Source: Alphaproteobacteria bacterium
GTDB taxonomy: Bacteria > Pseudomonadota > Alphaproteobacteria > SP197
Direction of reading: 5' to 3'
DNA length: 64,000 bases
NCBI GenBank assembly: GCA_964291415.2
Contig: OZ219920.1
Coordinates: 192,001 to 256,000 of the forward strand
Positions 33,947-44,046 of this stretch are shown piece after piece. Below the pieces are notes generated by a model. That model searched no databases, was not told the origin of the DNA, and worked only from the letters and a program-made list of their open reading frames with translations. The position numbers were made by a program, and so were the translations under genes. Positions within the stretch are counted from its first letter, which is position 1. The number at the start of each line of letters is the position of its first letter.

Positions 33947-35281
33947 GTGTCTTTCGCGGTCGCCATTGTCGGTCGGCCCAACGTCGGCAAGTCCACGCTC
34001 TTCAATCGCCTGACCGGCCGGCGTGCGGCGCTGGTCGATCCGCAGCCGGGCGTCACGCGGGATCGCCGGGAGGGCGAGGGCAGGATCGGTCCCCTGACGT
34101 TCCGCCTCGTCGATACGGCGGGACTCGAGGACGCGGTGTCGGGAACCATGGCCGGGCGCATGCGGGCACAGACCGACGAGGCCCTCCATGAGGCTGATGT
34201 CCTGCTCTTCGTCATTGACGCGCGGCAGGGCGTGACAACGCGTGACAGGCAGTTTGCCAGTGAACTGCGCAAGGCGGAAACGCCCGTGATCCTGGTGGCC
34301 AACAAGGCCGAGGCCCGCTCGGCGATGGCCGGGGTCTGGGATGCGTTCTCCCTGGGGTTTGGTGACCCGGTTGCCGTGTCGGCAGAGCACGGCGACGGCA
34401 TGGCCGCCCTTCATGATGCCCTGGTCCACCACGCTCCGGCCGCTGATGGGGAGACCGCCGATAACGACGGGGACCGCCTGCGCCTGGCCATCGTCGGCCG
34501 CCCCAATGTCGGCAAGTCGACACTCGTCAACCGTCTCCTTGGCAGCGAGCGCGTGATCACCGGGCCGGAACCGGGACTGACGCGTGATGCCATCGCCGCC
34601 CGCTGGACCTCGTGCGGCCGCAAGATCGAACTCATCGATACCGCTGGTATCAGGCGCCGCTCGCGGGTGGCGGAACGAGTCGAGAAACTCTCGGTAGCCG
34701 ACAGTTTTTCGGCGATCCGCAAGGCGCACATCGTGGTCGTCGTGCTGGAGGCCCATCAGGCGTTCGATCATCAGGACCTCGCCATCGTCGATCATGTCGA
34801 GCGCGAGGGCAGGGGCCTCGTTGTCGTCATCAACAAGTGGGATCTTGCCGACGAGCCACGATCGCTCAAGCACGAACTGGACTTGCGGTTTGCGGAACTC
34901 CTGCCCCAGGTGCGCGGCGCTCCGATGCTGACCATGAGCGCAGTCGACGGCAAGGGCGTGACAAGGCTCATGCCGGCGGTGGTGGGTGTCCAGGACCGCT
35001 GGACCCGGCGCCTCTCCACGGCGGAACTCAACAGATGGCTCGGAGTGACGGTGGAACGGCACCCCCCTCCCGTGGTGCGGGGCGGCAGGCCGCGATTGCG
35101 CTATGCGACCCAGGTCGCAACGCGACCCCCGACCTTCGCCGTCTTCGGCAGCAGGCTTGCCGGGCTCCCGGACTCGTACCGACGCTACCTCGTCAATCGG
35201 CTGCGGCAGGACTTCGATCTGCCCGGCATTCCGCTTCGGTTGCGCTTCCGCTCGACCCGCAACCCATACGCCGGCACCTGA
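33947..35281 (+). CDS. der: Ribosome biogenesis GTPase Der
   Basis: Two GRPNVGKS/DTAG/NK GTPase domains and a C-terminal KH-like domain. Confidence 0.98.
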   Translation: MSFAVAIVGRPNVGKSTLFNRLTGRRAALVDPQPGVTRDRREGEGRIGPLTFRLVDTAGLEDAVSGTMAGRMRAQTDEALHEADVLLFVIDARQGVTTRDRQFASELRKAETPVILVANKAEARSAMAGVWDAFSLGFGDPVAVSAEHGDGMAALHDALVHHAPAADGETADNDGDRLRLAIVGRPNVGKSTLVNRLLGSERVITGPEPGLTRDAIAARWTSCGRKIELIDTAGIRRRSRVAERVEKLSVADSFSAIRKAHIVVVVLEAHQAFDHQDLAIVDHVEREGRGLVVVINKWDLADEPRSLKHELDLRFAELLPQVRGAPMLTMSAVDGKGVTRLMPAVVGVQDRWTRRLSTAELNRWLGVTVERHPPPVVRGGRPRLRYATQVATRPPTFAVFGSRLAGLPDSYRRYLVNRLRQDFDLPGIPLRLRFRSTRNPYAGT

Positions 35282-35337
35282 CAAGGGGCGCGCCGTTTCG
35301 CTGATCTGCTCCACATCGTCGATGGGCGGGAGGTGCC

Positions 35338-35378
35338 TTGTGGTTCACCCGTGAACCACAAACTGTGTTGTGGCTCAC
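35338..35378. repeat. Three copies of an 11-bp motif in alternating orientation
   Basis: TTGTGGTTCAC (35338-48), CC, GTGAACCACAA (35351-61), ACTGTG, TTGTGGCTCAC (35368-78). Confidence 0.85.
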
Positions 35379-35469
35379 GAAACGGGTGTGCTCGCGTTAC
35401 AAACGGCCGCAGGTCTTCAATCCGGCAGCCTTGGGCGCGACGCTGTGGCGCGTTCCCTGTCGGGCTTGT

Positions 35470-36183
35470 TCACGCTCTGGCAACGATCCGGGCGCCGTTC
35501 AGTGTCCAGTCGGGCATGGCCATGGAGATGAAGGTCTCGACGACGCTCGACGGCTCGGCGAGTGATTCCGGGTTTTCACCCGGGAAGGCGCGGGCACGCA
35601 TGGCCGTCCGCAGCACGCCCGGGTCGACGAGGTTGACCTTCAGTGCGGTCTTTGCCAGCTCTCCCGCCCAGCACGTCACGAGGGCTTCGAGGGCTGCCTT
35701 GGTGGCGGCGTAGGCGGCCCAGTAGGGCGCAGGGGATGCCGTGATCCCGGACGTCACGAAGATGGCGCGGCCGGAAGGCGATTGCCTCAGCAGCGGATCC
35801 ATGGCCCGGATCAGCCGCCAGTTGGCCGTCAGGTTGACATCCAGGGAGCGCTGCCAGTCCTGCGGCATGATGTGATGGGCCGGGGATAGAGCATTCAGAT
35901 AAGCCGCGTTGCCCACGAGGACATCGAGCCGGCCGAATCGCTCGAAGAGCGCTCCGCCAAGGCGGTCGACGGCATCGCCGTCGGCAAGATCCAGAGGCAC
36001 CAGGACCGGGGTGAGGCCGCCAGCCGCGCGGATGGCGTCGTCGAGGTCCTCGAGACCACCTGTGGTGCGCGCGACGAGGACAAGGCGCGCACCCTCGGCG
36101 GCGAAAGCCTCTGCGACGGCTGCTCCAAGGCCTCGCGAGGCGCCGGTCACCAGGGCGACGCGCCCGTCGAGCCGTCCGCTCAT
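35470..36183 (-). CDS. SDR oxidoreductase (YciK-like, purF-linked)
   Basis: TGASRGLG, YAATK and PGVLRTAMRARAFPGE motifs. Confidence 0.92.
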   Translation of the reverse strand: MSGRLDGRVALVTGASRGLGAAVAEAFAAEGARLVLVARTTGGLEDLDDAIRAAGGLTPVLVPLDLADGDAVDRLGGALFERFGRLDVLVGNAAYLNALSPAHHIMPQDWQRSLDVNLTANWRLIRAMDPLLRQSPSGRAIFVTSGITASPAPYWAAYAATKAALEALVTCWAGELAKTALKVNLVDPGVLRTAMRARAFPGENPESLAEPSSVVETFISMAMPDWTLNGARIVARA

Positions 36184-36184
36184 G

Positions 36185-37651
36185 TCACAGGGATTCGTAG
36201 TGGAAGGAGAGCTGATTCGTCTCGTAGCCGCCATCCCGGTCAACCAGGGGAATCGGATAGTGACCGGTCAGGCAGGCATCGCAGTACTGGGGTTTCGCGG
36301 CATGGCGCCCTTCCTCATGTCCGGTTGCCCGGTAGAGGCCGTCGGCCGTGATGAAGGCCAGACTGTCCACGCCGAGAAACGCCGCAATCTCGTCGACGCT
36401 GAACCGCGAGGCCAGCAGCTCATCGCGCGACGGCGTGTCGACTCCGTAAAAGCACGAATGAATGGTCGGTGGACTGGCAATGCGCATGTGCACTTCCCGG
36501 GCGCCGCACTCCCTGACCATGGAGACGATTTTCGTCGATGTCGTGCCGCGGACGATGGAATCGTCAATGAGGACGACACGCTTGCCGGAGAGTTCCACGC
36601 GGTTGGCATTGTGTTTCAGCTTGACACCGAAGTGGCGGATGTTCTGGCCGGGTTCGATGAAGGTGCGGCCGACATAGTGGTTGCGGATGATGCCGAAGGT
36701 CAGCGGCAGGCCGGACTGTTCGGCGAATCCCAGCGCCGCCGGTGTACCGGAATCGGGGACAGGCACCACGACATCGGCGTCGGCCGGACTCTCCTTTGCC
36801 AGTTCGGCGCCGGTCCGCCTGCGGACGGTGTAGGCGGAATGGCCCTCGACCAGGCTGTCGGGCCGCGAGAAGTAGATGTACTCGAAGATGCAGAACCGGC
36901 TGCGGCGGGGCGCAAAGGGGCGGTAGGAGCTGAGGCCCGATGCATCGATCACGATGAGCTCTCCGGGTTCCACGTCCCTCACGAACGCAGCGCCCATGAT
37001 ATCGAGGGCACAGGTTTCCGAAGCGAGGACGAAGGCGTCTCCCAGGCGGCCAAGCACGAGGGGACGCACGCCGAGGGCGTCCCTCACGCCGATCATGGCT
37101 TCGTTGGTGAGCGCCACCAGGGAGTAGGCGCCGACGACCTGTTTCAGGGCATCGACCAGCCGGTCCGGAATGGTGCCGTGTGCCGACAGCGCCACCAGGT
37201 GGACGATGATCTCCGTATCGGATGTCGACTGGAAAATGGCTCCCTTGCGCACGAGGCCGTCTCGCACCTGATTCGCGTTGGTGAGATTGCCGTTGTGGGC
37301 GACCGCCAGGCCGCCCTGGTCGGTTTCGACGAAGATGGGCTGGACATTGCGCAGCAACGTCCCCCCGGTGGTCGCATAGCGGTTGTGTCCGATGGCTGAG
37401 TGGCCCGTCAGCGCGCCGACATTGGCGCGGTTCGAGAAGATTTCCGAGACCAGTCCAAGATTGCGGTGGACGTGAAACTGGGAGCCGTCGAAGGAGACGA
37501 TGCCCGCCGATTCCTGGCCACGGTGCTGAAGGGCATGCAGACCGAGCACCGTGTGGGCGGCTGCATCCTCGGCTCCGAAGATGCCGAAGATGCCGCATTC
37601 CTCGCGCAACCTGTCGTCATCAAGGGGATGCCGCGGCAGGAATCGGGTCAC
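36185..37651 (-). CDS. purF: Amidophosphoribosyltransferase
   Basis: EECGIFG propeptide/N-terminal Cys, LQHRGQE, DDSIVRGTT and Fe-S Cys motifs. Confidence 0.98.
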   Translation of the reverse strand: MTRFLPRHPLDDDRLREECGIFGIFGAEDAAAHTVLGLHALQHRGQESAGIVSFDGSQFHVHRNLGLVSEIFSNRANVGALTGHSAIGHNRYATTGGTLLRNVQPIFVETDQGGLAVAHNGNLTNANQVRDGLVRKGAIFQSTSDTEIIVHLVALSAHGTIPDRLVDALKQVVGAYSLVALTNEAMIGVRDALGVRPLVLGRLGDAFVLASETCALDIMGAAFVRDVEPGELIVIDASGLSSYRPFAPRRSRFCIFEYIYFSRPDSLVEGHSAYTVRRRTGAELAKESPADADVVVPVPDSGTPAALGFAEQSGLPLTFGIIRNHYVGRTFIEPGQNIRHFGVKLKHNANRVELSGKRVVLIDDSIVRGTTSTKIVSMVRECGAREVHMRIASPPTIHSCFYGVDTPSRDELLASRFSVDEIAAFLGVDSLAFITADGLYRATGHEEGRHAAKPQYCDACLTGHYPIPLVDRDGGYETNQLSFHYESL

Positions 37652-37667
37652 ATCTGTCGGCCCATGT

Positions 37668-38342
37668 TCATTCGTCGCCAGCGATGATGGATTCGAGTGC
37701 CGATCGGTCCTCTTCACTGTACCCCTCCTCACCCTCCGCGTCAGCATCGCTGGCCGGCGCCTGGGGATCAATCAGGTCGCTGTAGGACCGCAGCGCCTCT
37801 TCGGCTGCGGCGTTCCTGGTCCGGATCAGGAAATCCTCGCTGTCGAGGTCCCATTCCTCGGGCGCCAGTTCGATGAGCAGCAGGGAGCCCCTGTCAATGA
37901 CGGGTGTCAGACGTGCTTCCTCGATCCAGCCCGGCCGCTCCCCGGCAGGGGCAAGCAGGCCGTAGACCAGGAAGACGAGACAGACCACCAGCGCGCCGCG
38001 GACAAGGCCGAACACGAACCCGACCGACCTGTCGAGCATGTCGAGTCCGGATGACCGGGTCCGCCGCATCACCAGCGACGACACGAGGCTGAGGCAGGCG
38101 AGCGCGATGACAAACAGGCCTGCCGCATTGGCAATGGCCACAATCAGCGGGTCGTTGCCGATCCAGTTCGCCAGGACGGGCCAGGAGTGGTCGTAGAGGT
38201 AGACGGTCGCAAGGGCAGCTCCGCCCCAGGTGGCGAGGAACAGGAACTCGCGCATGGCCCCGCGATAGTAGGCGAGGAAACCTGAAATGAAGATGACCCC
38301 GAGAATGACGAGGTCCGTGACGGTGACCGGCAGGTCGTTCAT
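37668..38342 (-). CDS. cvpA: CvpA family membrane protein
   Basis: RGAMRE and LDRSVGFVFGLVRG motifs. Upstream of purF. Confidence 0.93.
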   Translation of the reverse strand: MNDLPVTVTDLVILGVIFISGFLAYYRGAMREFLFLATWGGAALATVYLYDHSWPVLANWIGNDPLIVAIANAAGLFVIALACLSLVSSLVMRRTRSSGLDMLDRSVGFVFGLVRGALVVCLVFLVYGLLAPAGERPGWIEEARLTPVIDRGSLLLIELAPEEWDLDSEDFLIRTRNAAAEEALRSYSDLIDPQAPASDADAEGEEGYSEEDRSALESIIAGDE

Positions 38343-38483
38343 GCCGCTTGCCCTGTTCTCAGGTGCTGCCGCCGGCGCTCACATGAGAGATGAACCGCGC
38401 CATCATGGCCGCCGCCGGTCCCTCCTCTTTGCATGACTGGTGGCATTGTGTCCAGAATCCGGCTCATGCGCCGCCCCGGGGAC

Positions 38484-39245
38484 TCACGGACGCAGCACGC
38501 TCATGGAGATGGGACCTTCGGCGCGGCCGTTGATGAACTGATCGACATGGGGGCTGCCACTCCGGTCGATGTCGGCGGCGTTGCCCTGCCAGACCAGGCG
38601 TCCGTCATGCAGCATCGCGATCCTGTCGGCGATCTTGCGCGCACTCGCCATGTCGTGGGTGATCGAGATGGTGGTGATGCCGAGACGGCGGCTCACCGAG
38701 ACGATGAGATCATTGATGACATCGGCCATGATCGGATCGAGGCCGGTCGTCGGCTCGTCGAGGAAGACGATGTCAGGCCGGTCCGAGATGGCTCGGGCCA
38801 GGGCAACCCGCTTCATCATGCCCCCCGACAGTTCGGCGGGGAGGAGATCGGCGACATCCTCTCCGAGCCCGACCAGGCCAAGGGTTTCGCAGGCGGAGTC
38901 CCGCGCATCAGCGCGAGTCAGGGTGCCGGTGTGAATCTGCCGGAAGGCGACATTCTCCCATACCGCAAGGCTGTCGAACAGCGCCCCGCCCTGAAACAGC
39001 ATGCCGAATCGCGCCATGAGACCGGTGTCCGCCGGCCGGGTGGCCGTCCCGTCGATCAAGATCTCTCCTGCGTCAGGCTTCAGGAGACCGAGGATGCATT
39101 TGAGGGTGACGGACTTGCCGGATCCGGACCCGCCGATGATGACGAATGCCTCTCCGTGTGCGACGTCGAAGCTCACGCCGTCCAGCACGCGCCGGGCCGG
39201 GAAACTCTTCCGCAGGTCGCGAACACGGATCATGGGCTGGTTCAT
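38484..39245 (-). CDS. mlaF: ABC ATPase MlaF/Ttg2A
   Basis: GGSGSGKS, LFQGGALFDSL, LSGGM and DEPTTGLDP motifs. Confidence 0.93.
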   Translation of the reverse strand: MNQPMIRVRDLRKSFPARRVLDGVSFDVAHGEAFVIIGGSGSGKSVTLKCILGLLKPDAGEILIDGTATRPADTGLMARFGMLFQGGALFDSLAVWENVAFRQIHTGTLTRADARDSACETLGLVGLGEDVADLLPAELSGGMMKRVALARAISDRPDIVFLDEPTTGLDPIMADVINDLIVSVSRRLGITTISITHDMASARKIADRIAMLHDGRLVWQGNAADIDRSGSPHVDQFINGRAEGPISMSVLRP

Positions 39246-40015
39246 CGCGAAAAGAAAATCTCCGTGACAACGTAATTGAAGGTCAGGATGAGAATGGACC
39301 CCGACACCACGGCAAGGGTCGTTGCCTGTCCCACGCCCTGGGCTCCGCGCTTCGAATGCCAGCCGTGGTAGCACCCCGTGAGGGCTATGAGAAAGCCGAA
39401 CACGGCCGCCTTGACGAGGCCCGAGATCACGTCGATCGGCTCGAGGATATCGATCGTGCTGGCGAGGTAGGCCGACGGGTTGAAGCCCAGCTTGTGGATT
39501 GACACCAGATAGCCGCCCAGAACGCCGATGACATCGGCCACCAGAACGAGCACGGGCAGGATCAGAGTCGCGGCGATCAGACGCGGTGCGACGAGATAGC
39601 GGCGTGGAGAGGCCTGGAGGGTCAAGAGGGCGTCGATCTGCTCGGTGACACGCATGGTGCCGATCTCGGCCGCCATCGCGGCGCCGACCCGTCCGGCAAC
39701 CATGAGACCGGCGAGGACCGGGCCGAGTTCACGGGTGATGGACAGGACGACGATACCGGCTATGGCGCCTTCCGCCTCGAAGCGCGAGAAACCGGTGTAG
39801 CTCTGCAGGGCCAGAACCATGCCGGTGAAGATCGCTGTCAGGCCCACGACGGGAAGCGAGTAGTAGCCGATGTCGATGAACTGGCGGGTGATGTTGCGCA
39901 CATGCCAGGGTGGTGTGACGCAACTGGCAAGACCGAGGGCGGCAAAAAGGACGATCCGCCCGGTTCCGGCGAGAAAGGCGAGGAACGTCGCGCCGATGGA
40001 GGCCAGCGGGTTCAT
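39242..40015 (-). CDS. mlaE: MlaE family permease
   Basis: RELGPVL, AAEIGTMRVTEQIDAL and GAQGVGQATT motifs. Confidence 0.95.
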   Translation of the reverse strand: MNPLASIGATFLAFLAGTGRIVLFAALGLASCVTPPWHVRNITRQFIDIGYYSLPVVGLTAIFTGMVLALQSYTGFSRFEAEGAIAGIVVLSITRELGPVLAGLMVAGRVGAAMAAEIGTMRVTEQIDALLTLQASPRRYLVAPRLIAATLILPVLVLVADVIGVLGGYLVSIHKLGFNPSAYLASTIDILEPIDVISGLVKAAVFGFLIALTGCYHGWHSKRGAQGVGQATTLAVVSGSILILTFNYVVTEIFFSR

Positions 40016-40064
40016 CCGGTCAGCCGCCGGCAGCCATGACCCGCAGGGGATGACGATGTGGGCA

Positions 40065-41174
40065 TCAGCACGTCCCGCCGAGCCATTGGCGGGCGTAGCG
40101 GGCGCCGAGCGATGTCAGCAGCTCGTAGCCTATGGTGCCGGCCTTTCCGGCCAGGTCGTCCAGCATGGTGCGCCCCCTGATCAGGTCGACCCAGGTTCCC
40201 ACATGGGCTCTCGCCTCCGGCAATTCGCCCAGGTCCAGTGTCATCAGATCCATGGAAACGTGGCCGGCCACCGGGACGGCATGGTCACCGATAAAGGCAT
40301 GCGCCAGGTTGCCAAGCGCCCGCGGATAGCCATCCGCATAGCCGACCGGCAGGGTGGCAAGGCGCGTGGCACGACTTGTCGTGTAGGTTCCGCCGTAGCC
40401 GACACGCGTGCCGGCCGGCACCTCGCGCACCTGAATGATGCGGGCCTTCAGCCGTATGACGGGTTCCATGGGGTTGGTTTCGGAGGGAGTCGGGTTGCCG
40501 CCGTAGACGGCATAGCCCGGTCGCACGAGATCGTGGTGCCAGGCGTCTCCGAGGAAGATGCCTGACGAATTGGCAAGGCTGGCACGGGCTCCCGGAAAGG
40601 AACGCATGGTGTGCCGGAACAGTTCCAGCTGGCGGTGATTGTCGGTCTCCTCGGGCTCACTGGCACACGAAAGGTGGCTCATCACGAAGTGAAGATCGAG
40701 GGGCGCCAGGAGTTCCGGAGTGGCGGCCAGTCTGGCTGTCTCCGCCGGTGGCAGTCCCAGTCGGGACATGCCGGTGTCGACGTGAACGACGGCACCCAGT
40801 CGTCGTTCCCGACGCCGCGCCTCGTCTGCCCAGCGGGCGATCTGCCCGAGGTCATTGAGAACGGGAACAAGATTCCGGGCCGCAAGGTCACCAGCCTCGG
40901 CAATGAGGCCGTTGAGCACGTAGATTCTTGCCGTCTCGTCGAGAACGGACCGGAGCGCTGCAGCTCCGTCCGGATTGGCGACAAAGAAGCGGCGGCATCC
41001 GGCGTGTGCCAGGGACTGCGCCACCTGAACTGCGCCCAGGCCGTAGGCGTCTGCCTTGACGATCCCGGCACACTCCGCCGGCCTGACCATCCGGGCGAGT
41101 GCCTGCCAGTTGCGTGTGAGCGCATCGAGATCGATGACAAGTCGGGAGACCGGAGCGTCAATAGGATCCGTCAT
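40065..41174 (-). CDS. alr: Alanine racemase
   Basis: VKADAYGLG (PLP Lys), DTGMSRLG, GYADG and TIGYELLT motifs. Confidence 0.97.
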   Translation of the reverse strand: MTDPIDAPVSRLVIDLDALTRNWQALARMVRPAECAGIVKADAYGLGAVQVAQSLAHAGCRRFFVANPDGAAALRSVLDETARIYVLNGLIAEAGDLAARNLVPVLNDLGQIARWADEARRRERRLGAVVHVDTGMSRLGLPPAETARLAATPELLAPLDLHFVMSHLSCASEPEETDNHRQLELFRHTMRSFPGARASLANSSGIFLGDAWHHDLVRPGYAVYGGNPTPSETNPMEPVIRLKARIIQVREVPAGTRVGYGGTYTTSRATRLATLPVGYADGYPRALGNLAHAFIGDHAVPVAGHVSMDLMTLDLGELPEARAHVGTWVDLIRGRTMLDDLAGKAGTIGYELLTSLGARYARQWLGGTC

Positions 41175-42675
41175 GGGGACCGTAGCGACTGTCCAGATCC
41201 ATGAACCTCGTGGTCTTGGAATCGAAGTGCAGCTTGGCCTCCCCGGTCGGTCCGTGCCGGTTCTTGGCGACGATGACTTCCGACACGCCGCGCATGTCCT
41301 CCATTTCCCCCTGCCATCGTTCGAGGCGACGGCGGTAGCCAGGATCGTCCTCGTCCTCTTCGTCCTTGGGCTGCGGTTCACGGCGTTCGTGGTAGTACTC
41401 CCGGCGGAACAGGAACATCACGATGTCGGCGTCCTGTTCGATGGATCCCGACTCGCGCAGATCCGACAGCAGCGGCCGCTTGTCCTCGCGCTGCTCGACG
41501 GCCCGGGAAAGCTGCGAACAGGCGATCACAGGAACGTCAAGCTCCTTGGCCAGGGCCTTGAGACCCTGGGTGATCTCGGACACCTCCTGCACCCTGTTTC
41601 TGTCGCCGCCCGGGCGGAACTCCGAGACGACGAGTTGCAGGTAGTCGACGATGAGGAGCGAGAGTCCGCCGGACTGGCGCTTGAGGCGGCGGGCACGGCC
41701 GCGCAACTGGGCGATGGTGATGGCCGGCGTGTCGTCGATGTGCAAGGGCAGGGCCGAAAGGCGGTGAGCCGTGGTTACCAGGTTCTCGAAGTCGGACTGC
41801 TTGATTCGGCCGGTGCGGATCAACTGCGAGGGGATGTCGGCTTCCACGGCAAGCATCCGTGCGACCAGCTGCTCGGCGGACATTTCGAGGGAAAAGATGC
41901 CAACCCGGCCGGGTGAAGCGCCGTCGGAGCCGGCCTCCTCGAGGTTGCGGCTGGCGACATGGAGGGCCAGTGTGGTGGCAAGCGACGTCTTTCCCATGCC
42001 TGGGCGGGCGGCAAGAACCACGAGATCCGTCCGTGACAGGCCGCCAATTGCCTCGTCGAGATTCTTCAGCCCCGTGGACTGCCCCGCCAGTCCGCTGCCG
42101 TCGCGGAACGTGGCTTCCATCATCTCCAGGGTCGGAATCGTGACGGCGTGGAAGGACCGGAAGGCGCGTTTCACCTCGCCGTGTTCGGCAAGATCGAAGA
42201 GCGACTTTTCGGCCTCTTCGATCTGCGCCATCGCATCGTGGTCGATGGTGAACTCGTACGCGTCGCTCACCATGGTCTCGCCGATGTCGACAAGCTGCCG
42301 GCGCAGATGGTGTTCCTGGATCTGGCGGGCAAAGCCGTCGGCGTTGATGATCATGGCCGCCGATGCGGCGAGCTTGGCGAGATAACCGGTACCGCCAACG
42401 CCGGAGAGCGCCTCGTCGTCGGCAAAGAAGGCGCCCAGGGTGATGGGGGTGGCGATCTGACCCTTGTCGACGACGTGACGAATCGCCTCGTAGATCCGTC
42501 GGTGCACCGGAATGAAGAAGGACTCGGGCTGCAGGATGCGCTCGATGTCGTCGAGGATGTCGTTTTTCACCAGGAGTGCGCCCAGCAACGACTGTTCCGC
42601 CTGCTCGTTGTAGGGCAGCGGACGATACCCGGCCTCACCGTGGGGCTTGAGGTCACCGAGACCGGCTTGTGTCAT
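41158..42675 (-). CDS. dnaB: Replicative DNA helicase
   Basis: AEQSLLG, ARPGMGKT, VDYLQL, SQLSR and LRESGSIEQDAD motifs. No intein. Confidence 0.98.
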   Translation of the reverse strand: MTQAGLGDLKPHGEAGYRPLPYNEQAEQSLLGALLVKNDILDDIERILQPESFFIPVHRRIYEAIRHVVDKGQIATPITLGAFFADDEALSGVGGTGYLAKLAASAAMIINADGFARQIQEHHLRRQLVDIGETMVSDAYEFTIDHDAMAQIEEAEKSLFDLAEHGEVKRAFRSFHAVTIPTLEMMEATFRDGSGLAGQSTGLKNLDEAIGGLSRTDLVVLAARPGMGKTSLATTLALHVASRNLEEAGSDGASPGRVGIFSLEMSAEQLVARMLAVEADIPSQLIRTGRIKQSDFENLVTTAHRLSALPLHIDDTPAITIAQLRGRARRLKRQSGGLSLLIVDYLQLVVSEFRPGGDRNRVQEVSEITQGLKALAKELDVPVIACSQLSRAVEQREDKRPLLSDLRESGSIEQDADIVMFLFRREYYHERREPQPKDEEDEDDPGYRRRLERWQGEMEDMRGVSEVIVAKNRHGPTGEAKLHFDSKTTRFMDLDSRYGPHDGSY

Positions 42676-42795
42676 GGCGCACGCGGATCTTTCATGCGCC
42701 GCAGTATGGCACGAAACCACTCCCGGAGTGGATCCGTTACGGCGAAAATAGCCGGGGATTGTCTGTGGGAATCAGGGGCTCCCAGGCCGGCCGGT

Positions 42796-44010
42796 TCAGC
42801 TGTGTGCCCGTTCCCAGTCGACCATGTAGTCGCGAATCTCCGGAGTTGCGCGACGTTCCCTGGCAAGTTGCAGCTGGAACACCATGTGCTCGCTGTTGCG
42901 GAAGGATGATTCGCTCCCCAGGAGATAGAACTCCCACATGCGGCAGAAACGTTCATCGTAGTGTTCGCGAATCCTGTCCCTGTTTTCGGCGAATCTCCGG
43001 TACCAGTGTCTCAGGGTTTCCGCGTAGTGGGTCTTCAGGATCTCGATGTCGGTGGCCATCAGCCCGGCGCGTTCCAGGGGCGCCAGCACCTCGGAGAGGG
43101 AGGGCGTGTAACCACCAGGGAAGATGTACTTGCGGATCCAGGGATTGGTATTGCTCGGTTCGCCTGTCCAGCCGATCGAGTGCAGCAGCATGACTCCGTT
43201 GCGCCGCAACAGACTGTTGATCTTGTTGAAGAACTCCGGGTAGTGGCGCGACCCGACGTGTTCGAACATGCCGACGGAGACGATCCGATCGAATGTTTCT
43301 TCAAGCTCGCGGTAGTCCTTCAGCTGGAACCTGACCCGATCTTCGAGGCCGTGTTCGGTGACGCGCCTGGTGGACACGTCGTGCTGCTCCCTTGACAGGG
43401 TCACGCCGGTGACGTCGACATCGGCAACCTGCGCCAGGTAGAGGCCCATGCCGCCCCAGCCCGAACCGATGTCGAGGACCTTCATGCCGGGTTCCAGGAG
43501 AAGCTTGGCGGCAATGTGCCGCTTCTTGTCCGCCTGGGCCTGGTCCAGCGTGCTGTTGGGGGTCGCGAAGTAGGCGCAGGAATACTGCCGGTCTTCATCG
43601 AGAAAGAGATCGAACAGTTCATCCGAGAGGTCATAGTGATGGGCGGCGTTGCGCCGGGCCCTGCCGACGGGGTTGTACTGCTGCATCGGTCCAAGCAGGT
43701 AGCGGCGCAGCCAGGTGGCCATGCGGCCCATGGAATCGTGGCGGGCGAGGTTGCGGTAGTTGCGGCCGACCACCTCCCAGAAATCGACGATCGTACCGTC
43801 CTCGATGGTGAGTGTGCCGTCCATGTAGGCCTCACCGACCGCCAGGTGGGGGTTGAGGGCAATCTTGCGGACCAGTCCCGGATCGTGGAAACGCACGGCA
43901 ACAGACGGTGCATCGCCTGGAGTGCCGAAGTCATGAACACGGTTCCGGGCGTCGATGATCCGCAGATGGCCGACCGACACGAAACGCCTGAGAAGCCCGG
44001 AGATAAGCAT
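42796..44010 (-). CDS. Cyclopropane-fatty-acyl-phospholipid synthase family methyltransferase
   Basis: HHYDLS, YSCAYF, DIGSGWGG, VSVGMFEHVG and YIFPGG motifs. Confidence 0.93.
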   Translation of the reverse strand: MLISGLLRRFVSVGHLRIIDARNRVHDFGTPGDAPSVAVRFHDPGLVRKIALNPHLAVGEAYMDGTLTIEDGTIVDFWEVVGRNYRNLARHDSMGRMATWLRRYLLGPMQQYNPVGRARRNAAHHYDLSDELFDLFLDEDRQYSCAYFATPNSTLDQAQADKKRHIAAKLLLEPGMKVLDIGSGWGGMGLYLAQVADVDVTGVTLSREQHDVSTRRVTEHGLEDRVRFQLKDYRELEETFDRIVSVGMFEHVGSRHYPEFFNKINSLLRRNGVMLLHSIGWTGEPSNTNPWIRKYIFPGGYTPSLSEVLAPLERAGLMATDIEILKTHYAETLRHWYRRFAENRDRIREHYDERFCRMWEFYLLGSESSFRNSEHMVFQLQLARERRATPEIRDYMVDWERAHS

Positions 44011-44046
44011 GCCTCCTCCCGATCGCTAAATCCGACACGGTTATCG

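Noticed and set aside
35363-35380. CRP/FNR-like TGTGT-N6-TCACG site
   Set aside because: It arises as a by-product of the 11-bp repeat array, and there is no downstream gene start to regulate.
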